The notes: a model not told the origin generated them from the letters alone. A stretch of 64,000 nucleotides of DNA from Candidatus Babeliales bacterium (GCA_963743635.1 CAVUQO010000002.1:384001-448000); one strand, 5' to 3'; positions 11,015 through 21,405 are shown, numbered from the stretch's first letter. Numbers and translations are program-made.

Positions 11015-11550
11015 TGAGATTGGTTGGATTTTGACATACGCAGGGTTAATGTTGCGCAGTAAGAAGATTCAGCTGGTATTGCCTGAGAAGGTTCTCTGCG
11101 TGAGTATGCGGAATCACCAAAATTTACGTTGGTCACTTCTTGATCCATATTCACGGTAACCTCGCGCGTTACGGATTCCTCGACGGGTTTGAGACGCATG
11201 ATCGTGTGCATGTAATGGCACTGGCATTTGATATTCGCTGCATTTTCATTGATTGCAGTAACCGTTACTATCGCTGTTGCTCCCGGTATCGTTAATGTTT
11301 TTGTCGAAGGGAGTAACGGATTTATCAATTTTCCATCTTGAGTAGGAAAATATAATCTTTGACTATCCCTGCCGTGTTTTGCACTCAAGTAAGCACCGAT
11401 AAATATCATCGCGTTGGCTTGTTTTTGAGTGTCAGCGGGAATGCTCGTGTTGCTTGAGGCATCATCCATTGCTTGGAGTGCAAAGGGGAATAGTAAGATA
11501 ATTGAGAATGTCATTCTGAGTGATGCCGTAGACATGTATCGAAGAATCAT
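11011..11550 (-). CDS. Secreted beta-rich hypothetical protein (array-like member)
   Basis: Signal peptide ending LQA|MDD; alternating hydrophobic strands. Confidence 0.7.
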   Translation of the reverse strand: MILRYMSTASLRMTFSIILLFPFALQAMDDASSNTSIPADTQKQANAMIFIGAYLSAKHGRDSQRLYFPTQDGKLINPLLPSTKTLTIPGATAIVTVTAINENAANIKCQCHYMHTIMRLKPVEESVTREVTVNMDQEVTNVNFGDSAYSRREPSQAIPAESSYCATLTLRMSKSNQSH

Positions 11551-11621
11551 GGGAGCCCTTTTTATAGTGAGGTAAAAAACTTGCAGCATCTTAGCACAAA
11601 AATAAGTTCCTGCAAAATCTA

Positions 11622-13031
11622 TTATTTTTTAGCACTTGAAGAAGCCGATACCAAGTACAGCGCAATAAAGCCGGCGATAAATCCAGGAATGAGTGGTAAA
11701 TGATTGAGCCAGAGGCCAGTTGAGGGCCAGATTGCTGCCGTTAAGCCACCAGCTAAGATACTTGCAAGTGCTCCATAGCGATTGACGCCTGTGCCGTAGA
11801 GTGATGCAATCACGAACGGGCCAAATGAGCTGCCGAGTCCGGACCATGCATAGTTTACCAAATTCATCACCGTCGTACTTTCTTCCCACGCAATACACAG
11901 CGCAATGCCTGATACCACTAATGCCGCGCAGCGAGATACGAAAATAAGTTGTTTTGAAGTGGCATTCTTTTTAAACCATTGCCCATAAATATCTTCTGCA
12001 ATTACCGATCCTGAGATCAGGATATGACTATCCATGGTGGAAAGCGTTGCAGCGAGAATGCCGCAGAGTGCAAATCCGGCGATAAGCGGTGGGAATAATT
12101 CTTTTGCCATGAAAATGAAAATGAGTTCATTATTCGCCATCTCTGGATAATAGGCAACGCCAATAATCCCAATGAATACAGCCGCGAGGAGTACCATGAT
12201 TTGCCACGATATACCAATGCGTTTTGCGTATTTGATTTTAGTAACATCATCGATTGCCATGAAATTCACTAGAATGTGCGGCTGACCAAAATAACCAAGA
12301 CCCCAGCCCAGTGCAAGCAAGAGACCGCTCAATAAATCGGTCTGTGTCGCCGCAAGGTTAAACGATAATCCTTTTGCGTAGAATGCGTCGCTAATGATAT
12401 TCCAAGAACCAAGTTTGATATAAGCAGCAACGGGTACCAACACGATCATGGCGAGTAAGAACATGCCTTGAAAAAAGTCACACCATGCAACGGCAATAAA
12501 GCCGCCAATGAGTGTGTAGAGTGCGGCACACGTTAAGGCGAGTATGATTCCTTGTTGATATTCTAATCCTAATCCAGCTTTAAAGAGCCATCCAAGACCA
12601 ACGAGTCCTGACGCAATATAAAAGGTAAAAAAGAGCACGGTCATGAGTGCGCTCACGAGGCGAATCATGCCGGACGTGTCATTAAATCGGTGTTCAAAAA
12701 ATGATGAGAGGGTAAGGCTGTGATATTTTTCAGTTGCCATGCGTAGTTTTGGCGCGATGTATTGCCAGTTAAGATACATACCAATTACGAGTCCGATTGG
12801 CATCCATGCTGCGGTTAACCCCTTCATATAAACCCAAGAGGGCACCGCGAGAAAGAGATATGCTCCCATATCGGTTGCCTGAGTAGCAACGGCAGTGACC
12901 CAATAATTGATGGATCGATTGCCAAGCATAAATTCTGAAGACGTAGCTTTATTGTGCCAAGAGACCATTAAGCCGATCAGCGTAAGGGCACAAAAATAGA
13001 TGATAAACGCAGTTACAATAAGAGTATCCAT
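11622..13031 (-). CDS. putP: Sodium/proline symporter (SSS family)
   Basis: GWGLGYFGQPHIL, AWSGLGSSFGP, about 13 TM segments. Confidence 0.9.
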   Translation of the reverse strand: MDTLIVTAFIIYFCALTLIGLMVSWHNKATSSEFMLGNRSINYWVTAVATQATDMGAYLFLAVPSWVYMKGLTAAWMPIGLVIGMYLNWQYIAPKLRMATEKYHSLTLSSFFEHRFNDTSGMIRLVSALMTVLFFTFYIASGLVGLGWLFKAGLGLEYQQGIILALTCAALYTLIGGFIAVAWCDFFQGMFLLAMIVLVPVAAYIKLGSWNIISDAFYAKGLSFNLAATQTDLLSGLLLALGWGLGYFGQPHILVNFMAIDDVTKIKYAKRIGISWQIMVLLAAVFIGIIGVAYYPEMANNELIFIFMAKELFPPLIAGFALCGILAATLSTMDSHILISGSVIAEDIYGQWFKKNATSKQLIFVSRCAALVVSGIALCIAWEESTTVMNLVNYAWSGLGSSFGPFVIASLYGTGVNRYGALASILAGGLTAAIWPSTGLWLNHLPLIPGFIAGFIALYLVSASSSAKK

Positions 13032-13104
13032 AAAGACCTCATAGGTTTATAGGAAAATATTTTTTTTAATAGGGCAAGATTAGGTATTAGGAAAAGGGTA
13101 CCCG

Positions 13105-13176
13105 TTAGGGACGGGATACGCAAGGCCTTGCTTGAATGGGGCAAGAGATAAGAAGAAGCGCGATGGCATACTTCAT
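13105..13176 (-). pseudogene. 5' remnant paralog of the 13240-13725 gene
   Basis: MKYAIALLLISCPIQARPCVSRP*RVPF resembles neighbour MKHGITLLLLISCTTHTAPSGSRPQPVPL. Confidence 0.6.
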
Positions 13177-13239
13177 AAAGAACCTTTCCTAACTTGGAAA
13201 TAAAAACAACATCATTTTAGCAGATTGAGAGGAGTATGG

Positions 13240-13725
13240 CTATTGTTTTTGAAATACTGAAATCCTATCTGCCAGAATCCTGAGTGTACAGGATAGGTGA
13301 GGGAGAACTCTTTCAAATGAGGTGCCGTCTTGGGCTAAGTAATCGAATGTCACCATTTTAGCTTCTTGTATCACTTCAATTCCCGATTGAGTTCTTTTTT
13401 GTATGGAGTACATGATGGTTAGGATTGATTTTAGGGAAAGGGGAAGTTGTACGCGCTGGTCTGGATTAAAAGAGAGATTTGCCGATTCTATATTTACGCT
13501 ATACCTATCATAGGGTTGTGGCGGCTTTTGGGCGGGTTTGAGCGTATTATCATTAAGATCAATATAAGAATATTTTCCGGTATAAATCGTGTCCTGGGAG
13601 TCATTGTCTACGAGAGTTGGTGTGACATATAGGTATTGTAAGGGCACGGGTTGGGGGCGTGAACCAGATGGCGCAGTGTGTGTGGTGCAAGAGATGAGCA
13701 GAAGGAGGGTGATACCGTGCTTCAT
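13240..13725 (-). CDS. Secreted beta-rich hypothetical protein (array member)
   Basis: Signal peptide; shared strand pattern. Confidence 0.75.
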   Translation of the reverse strand: MKHGITLLLLISCTTHTAPSGSRPQPVPLQYLYVTPTLVDNDSQDTIYTGKYSYIDLNDNTLKPAQKPPQPYDRYSVNIESANLSFNPDQRVQLPLSLKSILTIMYSIQKRTQSGIEVIQEAKMVTFDYLAQDGTSFERVLPHLSCTLRILADRISVFQKQ

Positions 13726-13884
13726 AACTATTTCATCCTAAAGAGTGTCCATAACAAACTTATTATGATTTTATGTGAAAATATAACGCTAGTGAGTATA
13801 GCAGTCTCGATACTTTTTGTAAGAAGGTCGGGCGATATAATGAATTTTAATTCGTTATATGTTTAACCATTGGAGAGAAATTGG

Positions 13885-14346
13885 CTAGTTTTCGAGCGGT
13901 TGGACGACTAAGAGCTTTCTCGTGTTTTTTATTGAGATCTCGAGATCTATCTTTTGCCCGTCATGGACTACAGTATCGGAGTGGTCTTCCGTACGATTAT
14001 GACCCACTTTAAATAATTTTTGCTCAGAATAGAGACGAGTGGAATCATTGCGGTCACCTTTTCTCAGGGAGTATTTTACGAGCATTTCTGAAAATCTCTT
14101 GTCTAGTGTTATGCTTACTATTTTAGCAGTGAGAAAGTAGTCACTTGTTTGGGGTTCCGTTTGCCATCCTTGGAGTTTGAGTTCGTCATTAACCACTCTG
14201 TGATATACCTCTTGATTGTAGAGAACCTGCTTGCTCGATAAAATTTGTGTAGCGATTGTATATTCTTGTTCTATTTCTGTTTTTATTTCCATAGCATTGA
14301 GCATGAAGGGCGTGCATAGAAATATCAGGGACAGTATGTGTATCAT
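13885..14346 (-). CDS. Secreted beta-rich hypothetical protein (array member)
   Basis: Start MIHILSL at 14346; signal ends LNA|MEI. Confidence 0.75.
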   Translation of the reverse strand: MIHILSLIFLCTPFMLNAMEIKTEIEQEYTIATQILSSKQVLYNQEVYHRVVNDELKLQGWQTEPQTSDYFLTAKIVSITLDKRFSEMLVKYSLRKGDRNDSTRLYSEQKLFKVGHNRTEDHSDTVVHDGQKIDLEISIKNTRKLLVVQPLEN

Positions 14347-14419
14347 GATGAACCTTTTGTGGCTGTGAATAGTAAATAATGCTTTATTATAGCATGTTTT
14401 TGCCATCATGTGAATAATC

Positions 14420-14539
14420 TCAAGTAAAAACCGGACCTGATAGTTTCTCAGATTCCATTGCATTGAGTGCAAGGGGTCCCGTCGAAAAGCTGAGGATAAG
14501 GATGATCGGGATGGGGAGGGTGCGAGTCCGCAGATTCAT
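14420..14539 (-). pseudogene. 39-aa signal-peptide-only remnant or micro-protein
   Basis: MNLRTRTLPIPIILILSFSTGPLALNA|MESEKLSGPVFT* with AAGGA RBS. Confidence 0.5.
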
Positions 14540-14553
14540 AAATAATCCTTTAA

Positions 14554-15020
14554 TTAATTCTCTTTATCCAATATCAGGTGCTCTGCTTTAATCACTGCTA
14601 AGTATTGTGTATATGATGATTCTTGAGCTATACCAATGGTAAGTTCTTCTCCGAAGGGAACGGTGATCGTTGCGGAATTCACCTCTTTTGGACATAAGTT
14701 CGAAATTGTTTTGCTTAGCTCCCATACATTCTTACTACAGCCTGGTTGGATTCATCTTCATCGATGGACTCCATGCAGCGGACGAGGTGTGGTGAGAAAA
14801 AAAGTGTGAGAATCAGGCCCTTCGACAGTATTCCTACAGGGCTCAGAATGAGCGGGAAAGTAATGATATTTTTGAAAGACATGATAATTTTTTCGTTGTT
14901 AGATTTGTGTTTCCTGCGCTTTTTTCAAAAGTAGCTTTATGGTAAGTATATGTTTAATTGCAGCTGTTGGGTAGGGATTTTCTTGTATTCCCCAATGTAA
15001 ATGGATGCCCCAAATTCATA
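14554..15020 (-). pseudogene. Decayed array member with REP insertion (~14817-14857)
   Basis: C-terminal frame ...WELSKTISNLCPKEVNSATITVPFGEELTIGIAQESSYTQYLAVIKAEHLILDKEN* resembles array C-termini; upstream part has stops and a CCCTTCGACA...CTCAGAATGAGCGG REP. Confidence 0.5.
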
Positions 15021-15034
15021 ATAATCATCCTTAA

Positions 15035-15556
15035 TTAAAAACTTACTGTTTGTTTAATGCTCATGATGAATTTTTCATTATCCAATGATATGAATTGCGT
15101 GTGTGGATCGCGTTGCAATAAATTAATATCCATCATTACTGGCGCGGTCTTTTGAGAAGCGGCTTCAGGATCAGTCGTTGTCTTGAGGAGAGAATATTGG
15201 AGTATGATTTTTTGAAACAATGCGCGCCAATCGCGTTGATTCACTTTGCTTCCATCGGTAATCAATTTCAAGAGTTTTGTTTGCACACCATATTCTTGAG
15301 ATGCTTGCGGCACATCGGCGTCAGTGAGGTTACGTGTGGCATACCTCGAGTCATGCGAATAAATCCCATAGGTGTGAGTATGATCATAGAGCAGTGTCTG
15401 TTCTTCTTGTTGCCTACACACGGTGATCGCGAGCGCGATGGTTATAAGAGGTTTTTGAGGGGGCATTGCGGGTTTAGAAATTCTTAGACCTGCATGCACA
15501 TGAGATATGAAAAATAATCCATGCATGACAGGAATAATGAGAGCTTTTTTAATCAT
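15035..15556 (-). CDS. Secreted beta-rich hypothetical protein (array member)
   Basis: Signal ends VHA|GLRISK. Confidence 0.75.
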   Translation of the reverse strand: MIKKALIIPVMHGLFFISHVHAGLRISKPAMPPQKPLITIALAITVCRQQEEQTLLYDHTHTYGIYSHDSRYATRNLTDADVPQASQEYGVQTKLLKLITDGSKVNQRDWRALFQKIILQYSLLKTTTDPEAASQKTAPVMMDINLLQRDPHTQFISLDNEKFIMSIKQTVSF

Positions 15557-15702
15557 AACAATCCTTATTATAAAAATCAGATCCATTGCAGACCCGATCC
15601 AGGGTAATGATTGTCTGCCAAGTGGGTCAAGAGTTTAGTCTTGCTGCGTAAAATTTACCGCATTAGGCCTTTGTTACAGTCTTTTCATCGTTTCAGAAGA
15701 AA

Positions 15703-16173
15703 TTATTTTTTGATGGTGCTTTGAATGGTTACCTGTATCGGCTGGCCGAATTCATCGTGCATCGATAATGGATATGTTTTGGCACTTGAGGCATTAAGGG
15801 GAATTTTTATTGTGCCAACAGCCGATGGGCCTTCTACTTTTTTTACTTTGCATTCGAATTCGGCATAGCCTGTATCGCGATCGACTTCTTGGAGTTCTAT
15901 TTCTAAATTATAACTTTCGGTATCTTGATGGCCAGCCAAGAGCCCGCCAGTTGTAGGCACTAAGGTATCAGATTGTCCTTTGAAATATAGAAATCTTGCA
16001 ACGCTGCGCGTGCCATTCTTTTGAGGAATTTTCATTTCAGCAACGATATTCATTTGCGATGGCAGAGAATGTAACATGAGAGAGTTGAATGCACGCATCG
16101 CTGCATTGTCATAACGCTGCATTGCATGGCTGACAGCGGGAAGTAATAATAGGAGTGCTAAAAAATGTCTCAC
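15703..16173 (-). CDS. Secreted beta-rich hypothetical protein (array member)
   Basis: GTG start after AAGGA; signal ends SHA|MQR. Confidence 0.75.
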   Translation of the reverse strand: MRHFLALLLLLPAVSHAMQRYDNAAMRAFNSLMLHSLPSQMNIVAEMKIPQKNGTRSVARFLYFKGQSDTLVPTTGGLLAGHQDTESYNLEIELQEVDRDTGYAEFECKVKKVEGPSAVGTIKIPLNASSAKTYPLSMHDEFGQPIQVTIQSTIKK

Positions 16174-16390
16174 TAATTTTCCTTGGTTCTTAACATATTG
16201 AAGAATAAATGCTATATAAACTCGATTTATAGTATCAAAGTAGACATTTTTATTCAATGATTAGGAGGAAATAGACCTTTATATATTCATAGTATGACTT
16301 AGAAAATGAATGCGATTTACAATGGCCTTATATTGTAATCGAAAAAAAGTATTTAAATGTTATGAAGATATCTTAATGAAAGAATAACTA

Positions 16391-17431
16391 ATGAAAAAAT
16401 CACTATCAATACTGGTATTAGCACTTGCAATATCAGCGAACGCATACGCAGCAGAAGTAAGTACCTTCAGTGAACATGCGATCATATTCTCAGGCAATGC
16501 AACGAAAGAGTTGGCGCAAAGTATAGCGGACTACTTGGGAGTCAATCTAGGTTCGGCGATCGTATCAAAATTTAATGATGGAGAAATCCAGATCCAGGCG
16601 CAGGAAAGTGTGCGGGGTAAGGATGTCTTTATCGTGCAATCAACCTGCCATACTGTAACCCAAAGCGTGAATGATAACTTGATGGAATTATTCTTGCTCA
16701 TTCGTACTATGAAGCGAGCATCGGCCGCAAGCATTACAATCGTTATCCCCTACTATGGTTATGCACGGCAAGATCGCAAAGCGATGTCTCGCGTGCCAAT
16801 TTCCGCAGCGGACGTTGCAATGATGTTAGAAGAAGGTGGTGCCGATCGCGTGTTAACGATCGATTTACACTGCGGACAAATTCAAGGGTTTTTCCGTAAT
16901 GTACCGGTTGACAACTTATTCTCATCGCCGATTTTTATCGACTATTTTGTAAACAAACAACTCGATAACGTGGTGGTGGTTTCTCCCGATGCAGGCGGCG
17001 TGGATCGTGCGTATAAGTTTGCACAACAATTGCGCAAAAAAGGCGTACCTGCTGAAATGGCGCTCATTAGCAAACGTCGCGCAAGCGCGGGCGTCATTGA
17101 ATCGATGTATTTGATTGGTGATGTGAATGGCGCTGATGCGATTATTGTTGATGATATTTGTGATACGGCAGGAACGCTAGTCAAGGCTGCGCAATTGCTC
17201 AAAGATAATGGTGCGCGTCGCGTGTTTGCGGTCATTCCGCACGGAGTCTTTTCGGGCAATGCACTCGATAAGATTCGTAAATCAGTGATTTGCGAAATGG
17301 TGATTGCAGATACCGTTCCATTGCGCGAGCAAGCGCCAGACAATCTCGTCGTTCTTTCAGTGAGTAAGTTATTGGGCGATGCGATATTGCGCATTTATAA
17401 CGGCAATTCGGTATCTGCATTGTTTGACTAA
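16391..17431 (+). CDS. prs: Ribose-phosphate pyrophosphokinase with N-terminal signal-peptide-like extension
   Basis: FNDGE, PYYGYARQDRK, DLHCGQIQGFF, VSPDAGG, DDICDTAGTL; N-terminus MKKSLSILVLALAISANAYA|AE. Confidence 0.95.
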   Translation: MKKSLSILVLALAISANAYAAEVSTFSEHAIIFSGNATKELAQSIADYLGVNLGSAIVSKFNDGEIQIQAQESVRGKDVFIVQSTCHTVTQSVNDNLMELFLLIRTMKRASAASITIVIPYYGYARQDRKAMSRVPISAADVAMMLEEGGADRVLTIDLHCGQIQGFFRNVPVDNLFSSPIFIDYFVNKQLDNVVVVSPDAGGVDRAYKFAQQLRKKGVPAEMALISKRRASAGVIESMYLIGDVNGADAIIVDDICDTAGTLVKAAQLLKDNGARRVFAVIPHGVFSGNALDKIRKSVICEMVIADTVPLREQAPDNLVVLSVSKLLGDAILRIYNGNSVSALFD

Positions 17432-17545
17432 CCCTTCGTGACAGCCTGAGGGTGCCGTAAGTCATCTTACTCCGCATCCTTCCGTCTTCGCCCCGGTCAT
17501 CCTGAGGCCCGAAGGGATCGAAGGACGTCGGACTACGTCGTCACA
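17431..17545. repeat. Nested REP-like cluster
   Basis: CCCTTCG, TCATCCTGAG...TCGAAGG modules. Confidence 0.65.
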
Positions 17546-17644
17546 TTTTTCATATCACGTCCTTCTCTGCGCTGCGGAATGTTATAATAAACCCCCAGGA
17601 TTAATCGTCCTGGGCTTTTCTATTAACGCGAACTATAGTGTTTT

Positions 17645-18154
17645 TTAATGTAGATATTCTGAGCTTGGATATATTTCTATGCGTAGTAAAAAAGCGTCAT
17701 AACCACGTTCCTGGAATCTTTCTTCATGCTGAATTTTAGATTGCGCATGCAACGGAAGCACTATAGATTGTGCCTGGTGCAGGATAACAGGTTCATCATT
17801 TTCTTTTCTTTTGCTGAGTGCATATTGCAGCGCAGCGTTTCGAGTAGTTGGGCATATCCCGAGCTTTACTTCTGCGCTATAGGTATAGTTTTGGTTGTCT
17901 TCCCCATTTTCTGTTGGGTCAGATTTTCCTGGGTTATCGGCATTCATTAAATAGCCTTTTTCTTTATAGAGCGTAGGTCGCAGAGCATCATCGACAGTGT
18001 ATTGTGACATCTTTATAAAAAAATCTTCTTGAGTCTTCTCATTGATCAGATGCACTGACATGACAAGGTGCTTTATAGCACCTGGTGGAGAGCTCTTGGG
18101 CCCCGCTTCAAGCGTCAAGGGCAAGAGTAGCAGTAATCGAGCAATATGTGTCAT
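17645..18154 (-). CDS. Secreted beta-rich hypothetical protein (array member)
   Basis: Signal ends LEA|GPKSS. Confidence 0.75.
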   Translation of the reverse strand: MTHIARLLLLLPLTLEAGPKSSPPGAIKHLVMSVHLINEKTQEDFFIKMSQYTVDDALRPTLYKEKGYLMNADNPGKSDPTENGEDNQNYTYSAEVKLGICPTTRNAALQYALSKRKENDEPVILHQAQSIVLPLHAQSKIQHEERFQERGYDAFLLRIEIYPSSEYLH

Positions 18155-18312
18155 GAACTTCCCTTTTTAAAGCACTATGAACATGTCCGATTGAGCATTA
18201 TAGATGAGCTCGGATGGTTACACAAGTAAATGCGGGATAAGGAGCATGCAAAGTGCCATTCTAAAAGCTGCACGCAGCTCTGATTGCATTGAGTAATCTT
18301 CTTTTTGAGAGC

Positions 18313-18780
18313 TTAAGGAAGAGCTTTTACTTGGTATTTTATTGCTGCAGACCCATCATCATGATTTTTACATACGCTTAATAATTCTATTAAATACTTC
18401 TTAGATTGAATCGTGGGATCACGAGGCAATGTAGAGCAGGTGATTGCTTGAGGTTTATTATGCTTCCTCTCATGGTCAATAAGGTCTATGAAAAGAGATG
18501 TGAGCCCATTCGTGCGTATAAAATCATGACCGTAAAGATCCATGGTGACTTGTGCTGCGGTGATTATGAAATCATCAACATACGGAACGGGCATTTCGAG
18601 TGCTGCTCTTTCCGCCATTGGTCCAGGCCTTGGTGCTGGTTGATCTTTACCAGCCATAACGGTGAGTGGAAAAAGCAAGCAGAGCATGGCGAGTGAAAAT
18701 ATATTATTCATCCTGAGTAATGCGGTACGCATGTATCGACTGCGTCCGACGAAGTTTTTAAATGTAGACGGAAGGGTCAT
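18313..18780 (-). CDS. Secreted array member, C-terminally short, with in-frame REP insertion at 5' end
   Basis: Signal ends VMA|GKD; 69-bp REP between ATG 18780 and ATG 18711. Confidence 0.65.
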   Translation of the reverse strand: MTLPSTFKNFVGRSRYMRTALLRMNNIFSLAMLCLLFPLTVMAGKDQPAPRPGPMAERAALEMPVPYVDDFIITAAQVTMDLYGHDFIRTNGLTSLFIDLIDHERKHNKPQAITCSTLPRDPTIQSKKYLIELLSVCKNHDDGSAAIKYQVKALP

Positions 18781-18819
18781 GGGATCCTTATTGTTCGGTC
18801 CGTGGTGATAATGAGATTT

Positions 18820-19383
18820 TTAATCAATGAGTTGTTGGTAGGCGTTAATCATGAGTATAACCGTATCTCGAGGGATTAGATGGTCCAGTTCGGTTTCAAT
18901 GATACATACATGCATTGCCTCAGGACCAATATCTAAATGTATCGCATCGTATTTATTCACATTGACTGCATCACTTCTGGCAATTATGGTGCGGTCAGGG
19001 TTAACGTTTACCGTTGTGATAGCAAGTTGTGTGTTGAGGATATAGTCGCAATATACTTGATAATTCGATTGATCTACATCTATTGCCGATGTTTTGACCG
19101 TATATTTTTCGCGCCATGCAGCTATCTTGCGTTCAGCATTATCGGCATGAATTTTTCTTTTATCGTCATTACTATCAAGATGAAATTCATCGTAACATTC
19201 GAATGTATCATCGTGGTTGCGGCGATAGTATGCCTGATGGGAAAAGATTGTTTCGCGCGTGGTGGTATTGATAAGCGCCGATGCGATTACTATTTTTGCA
19301 AGAGGGGGTGCGGATGGAAGCCCCGCTTCCATTGCATTAAGCGCAAGAGAAAAGAGCAACAGAGGTGCGCATATTTTTTTCAT
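18820..19383 (-). CDS. Secreted beta-rich hypothetical protein (array member)
   Basis: Signal ends LNA|MEA. Confidence 0.75.
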   Translation of the reverse strand: MKKICAPLLLFSLALNAMEAGLPSAPPLAKIVIASALINTTTRETIFSHQAYYRRNHDDTFECYDEFHLDSNDDKRKIHADNAERKIAAWREKYTVKTSAIDVDQSNYQVYCDYILNTQLAITTVNVNPDRTIIARSDAVNVNKYDAIHLDIGPEAMHVCIIETELDHLIPRDTVILMINAYQQLID

Positions 19384-19479
19384 GAAAACCTTGTGAATGA
19401 AAAGTATTAATACAACGTGACAAGTTTATCACAATTTAATGCGTCATAAAAGTGAATTGTGCTGATGTGTAATACAAAA

Positions 19480-19989
19480 TTAGTCGATCGTTTCTACACT
19501 ATCATCATCGGCAAGGGACGTCATAGCGATATCATTCTCGTTTCTTATATTGATGAGTGAAACTTTGAATTTTAAGAGCATGTCATCATCTAATTTTGTG
19601 GTGACTGTGCGACCAAATTTGATTTCTATAGGGTACTCTTTGGGCATAGCGCCTTTACCCAATCGTACCCAACAGCTTAATGACGCAGTTTTTTCTGCTT
19701 GATTGAAGGTAGCATTCTCGATGGTGATGCGATTATCTTTAATAACTATCTCGCGCGGGGTCTCTATTTTTGTATAAGTATCATTATCGTTGTACCTATA
19801 GTTGTGACACTCCTGTGAAATTACCTGTCCACTGCGTGCAGCGCAGAGTGCTGCGTCAATACGTAAGTCTTTGTTCTTGGTGCACATACAAGGCATGCAG
19901 GCCGTGAGTATTGTTAATATGGACGTACACGGTCCAGGTATCGTGAGTAAGGGGTGTATGACGCATAGTAGGGCTATAAGACGTTTCAT
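19480..19989 (-). CDS. Secreted beta-rich hypothetical protein (array member), Cys-rich N-terminus
   Basis: AAGGAG RBS; hydrophobic leader followed by GPCTS...CMPCMC. Confidence 0.75.
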   Translation of the reverse strand: MKRLIALLCVIHPLLTIPGPCTSILTILTACMPCMCTKNKDLRIDAALCAARSGQVISQECHNYRYNDNDTYTKIETPREIVIKDNRITIENATFNQAEKTASLSCWVRLGKGAMPKEYPIEIKFGRTVTTKLDDDMLLKFKVSLINIRNENDIAMTSLADDDSVETID

Positions 19990-20019
19990 GATTTCTCCTT
20001 TTTTTAGTAAAATAACCCC

Positions 20020-20571
20020 TTAAGGATTACGATTATTCGAAATGGTTAATTCAACTTTGCGTTTGGTATCATCGGTGATGTCTAGTTTAAATGTCATTGA
20101 AAAATCGGTATGCAATGGCACTTCCACCTCTTTTTCGATGATGTGCTCGGTTGCGTACGTTTTTGTTATACATCGAATGATCACCGATTTTGAAGATTGA
20201 CCGAGTAAGCTGAGCTCTGCTTCATGGAGATATGAGGAAGGCTCAATGGTGGTTAATCTATCGGGGGTGACAACCAAAGAAGAATCATTTTTTGTTAAAT
20301 ATAAATGTTTGGCAATAGAGTGGAGGGTAGTCTGTGTTTGTGGTTGTGCACCGATTACTATTTCATTCGTGTACTGATTGCGGGCATAAGATCCTGGCAC
20401 AATACGTTTCACATAAAATTCAAGTACCGCGCTAATGCGTATTGCTGATGGAAGATCTGTTAGAAGCGATACGCTATCTGTGGTTGGAATTTTAGGGTGT
20501 GGGCGGGACATGCAAGCTCCTGCCGCAAGCAGCATTGGACATGCTGCGAACGCTAAAATAAGACGTTTCAC
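20020..20571 (-). CDS. Secreted beta-rich hypothetical protein (array member)
   Basis: GTG start; signal ends LAA|GACMSR. Confidence 0.75.
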   Translation of the reverse strand: MKRLILAFAACPMLLAAGACMSRPHPKIPTTDSVSLLTDLPSAIRISAVLEFYVKRIVPGSYARNQYTNEIVIGAQPQTQTTLHSIAKHLYLTKNDSSLVVTPDRLTTIEPSSYLHEAELSLLGQSSKSVIIRCITKTYATEHIIEKEVEVPLHTDFSMTFKLDITDDTKRKVELTISNNRNP

Positions 20572-20670
20572 GATCCCCCCTTTTTCCATTCTCATTGTTC
20601 CCTTGCATAGAAGGCTAGCACAAAGTGGATGGATAAAAAAAGATAAAGCGTCTTAGAGGCAGTTTTCGTG

Positions 20671-21160
20671 TTAAGAGTTGTTATTCATATGCTTATCATC
20701 GTGCGGGATTGACCAGGTATCATCTTGAATGGGCAGCGGTGCAAAGCTTACCTGTTTAATGATGCGTGGCCTGACCGCCTCATTGATTGGGGATAATGAG
20801 AATCGGACATACTTGGTCGGGTCTGCGGGATATGATTTGACGATGTTTTGCATGCCAAACATAATATGAGCCATCACGAGGGTGGGTTTATTGCTGCCCG
20901 TTGGTATATCATATTCAATTGCTGCATACCGAGCTTTATGATAGATCGTACACTTTTTTAAGGTGATTTTATGCTGCGTGTGAGATAAATCGTTCGATGT
21001 ATAATTACCTTGGTCATCCACAGTATAGACTGTGTGTTCTACCGCTTCTCCCGTCTCCGCTTCCTATTACACAAATAGATGCAGTCAAGTGCATGATATC
21101 TGGCCCAGCGATAATTGATAATGGATATGTCATAAGCAGCATAATAAGACGATGGTTCAT
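20671..21160 (-). pseudogene. Array member with frameshift near 21020
   Basis: MNHRLIMLLMTYPLSIIA|GPDIMHLTASIC...HSLY continues in another frame as VDDQGNYT... Confidence 0.65.
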
Positions 21161-21359
21161 AGTTTTCCCTCCACAATTACAGTATTCCCAAAAAAGGAGG
21201 GTAGCAGAATTGCTTATAATAAAAAAAGGGAATGCGTTTTTGGTACACATTCCCTGAATAGATAGGTCGTTTTTTTAACGGTTATTATTACCTGCATTAT
21301 CATTCGTTATAGAATCTATCCCAAAATTAATTTTTGACATGAAAATGAAAGGTTTTTCA

Positions 21360-21405
21360 TCTCCGTTACCCATTCGATACGCTTCGCTACTCAGGGCGAA
21401 CGGGG
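21360..21405. repeat. REP-like unit
   Basis: TACCCATTCGATACGCTTCGCTACTCAGGGCGAACGG, identical core at about 58529-58565. Confidence 0.8.

Noticed and set aside
13040..13180. Possible proline-responsive leader peptide or attenuator upstream of putP
   Set aside because: The short ORF is better explained as a remnant of the neighbouring secreted gene; no Pro-codon run or T-box is visible.
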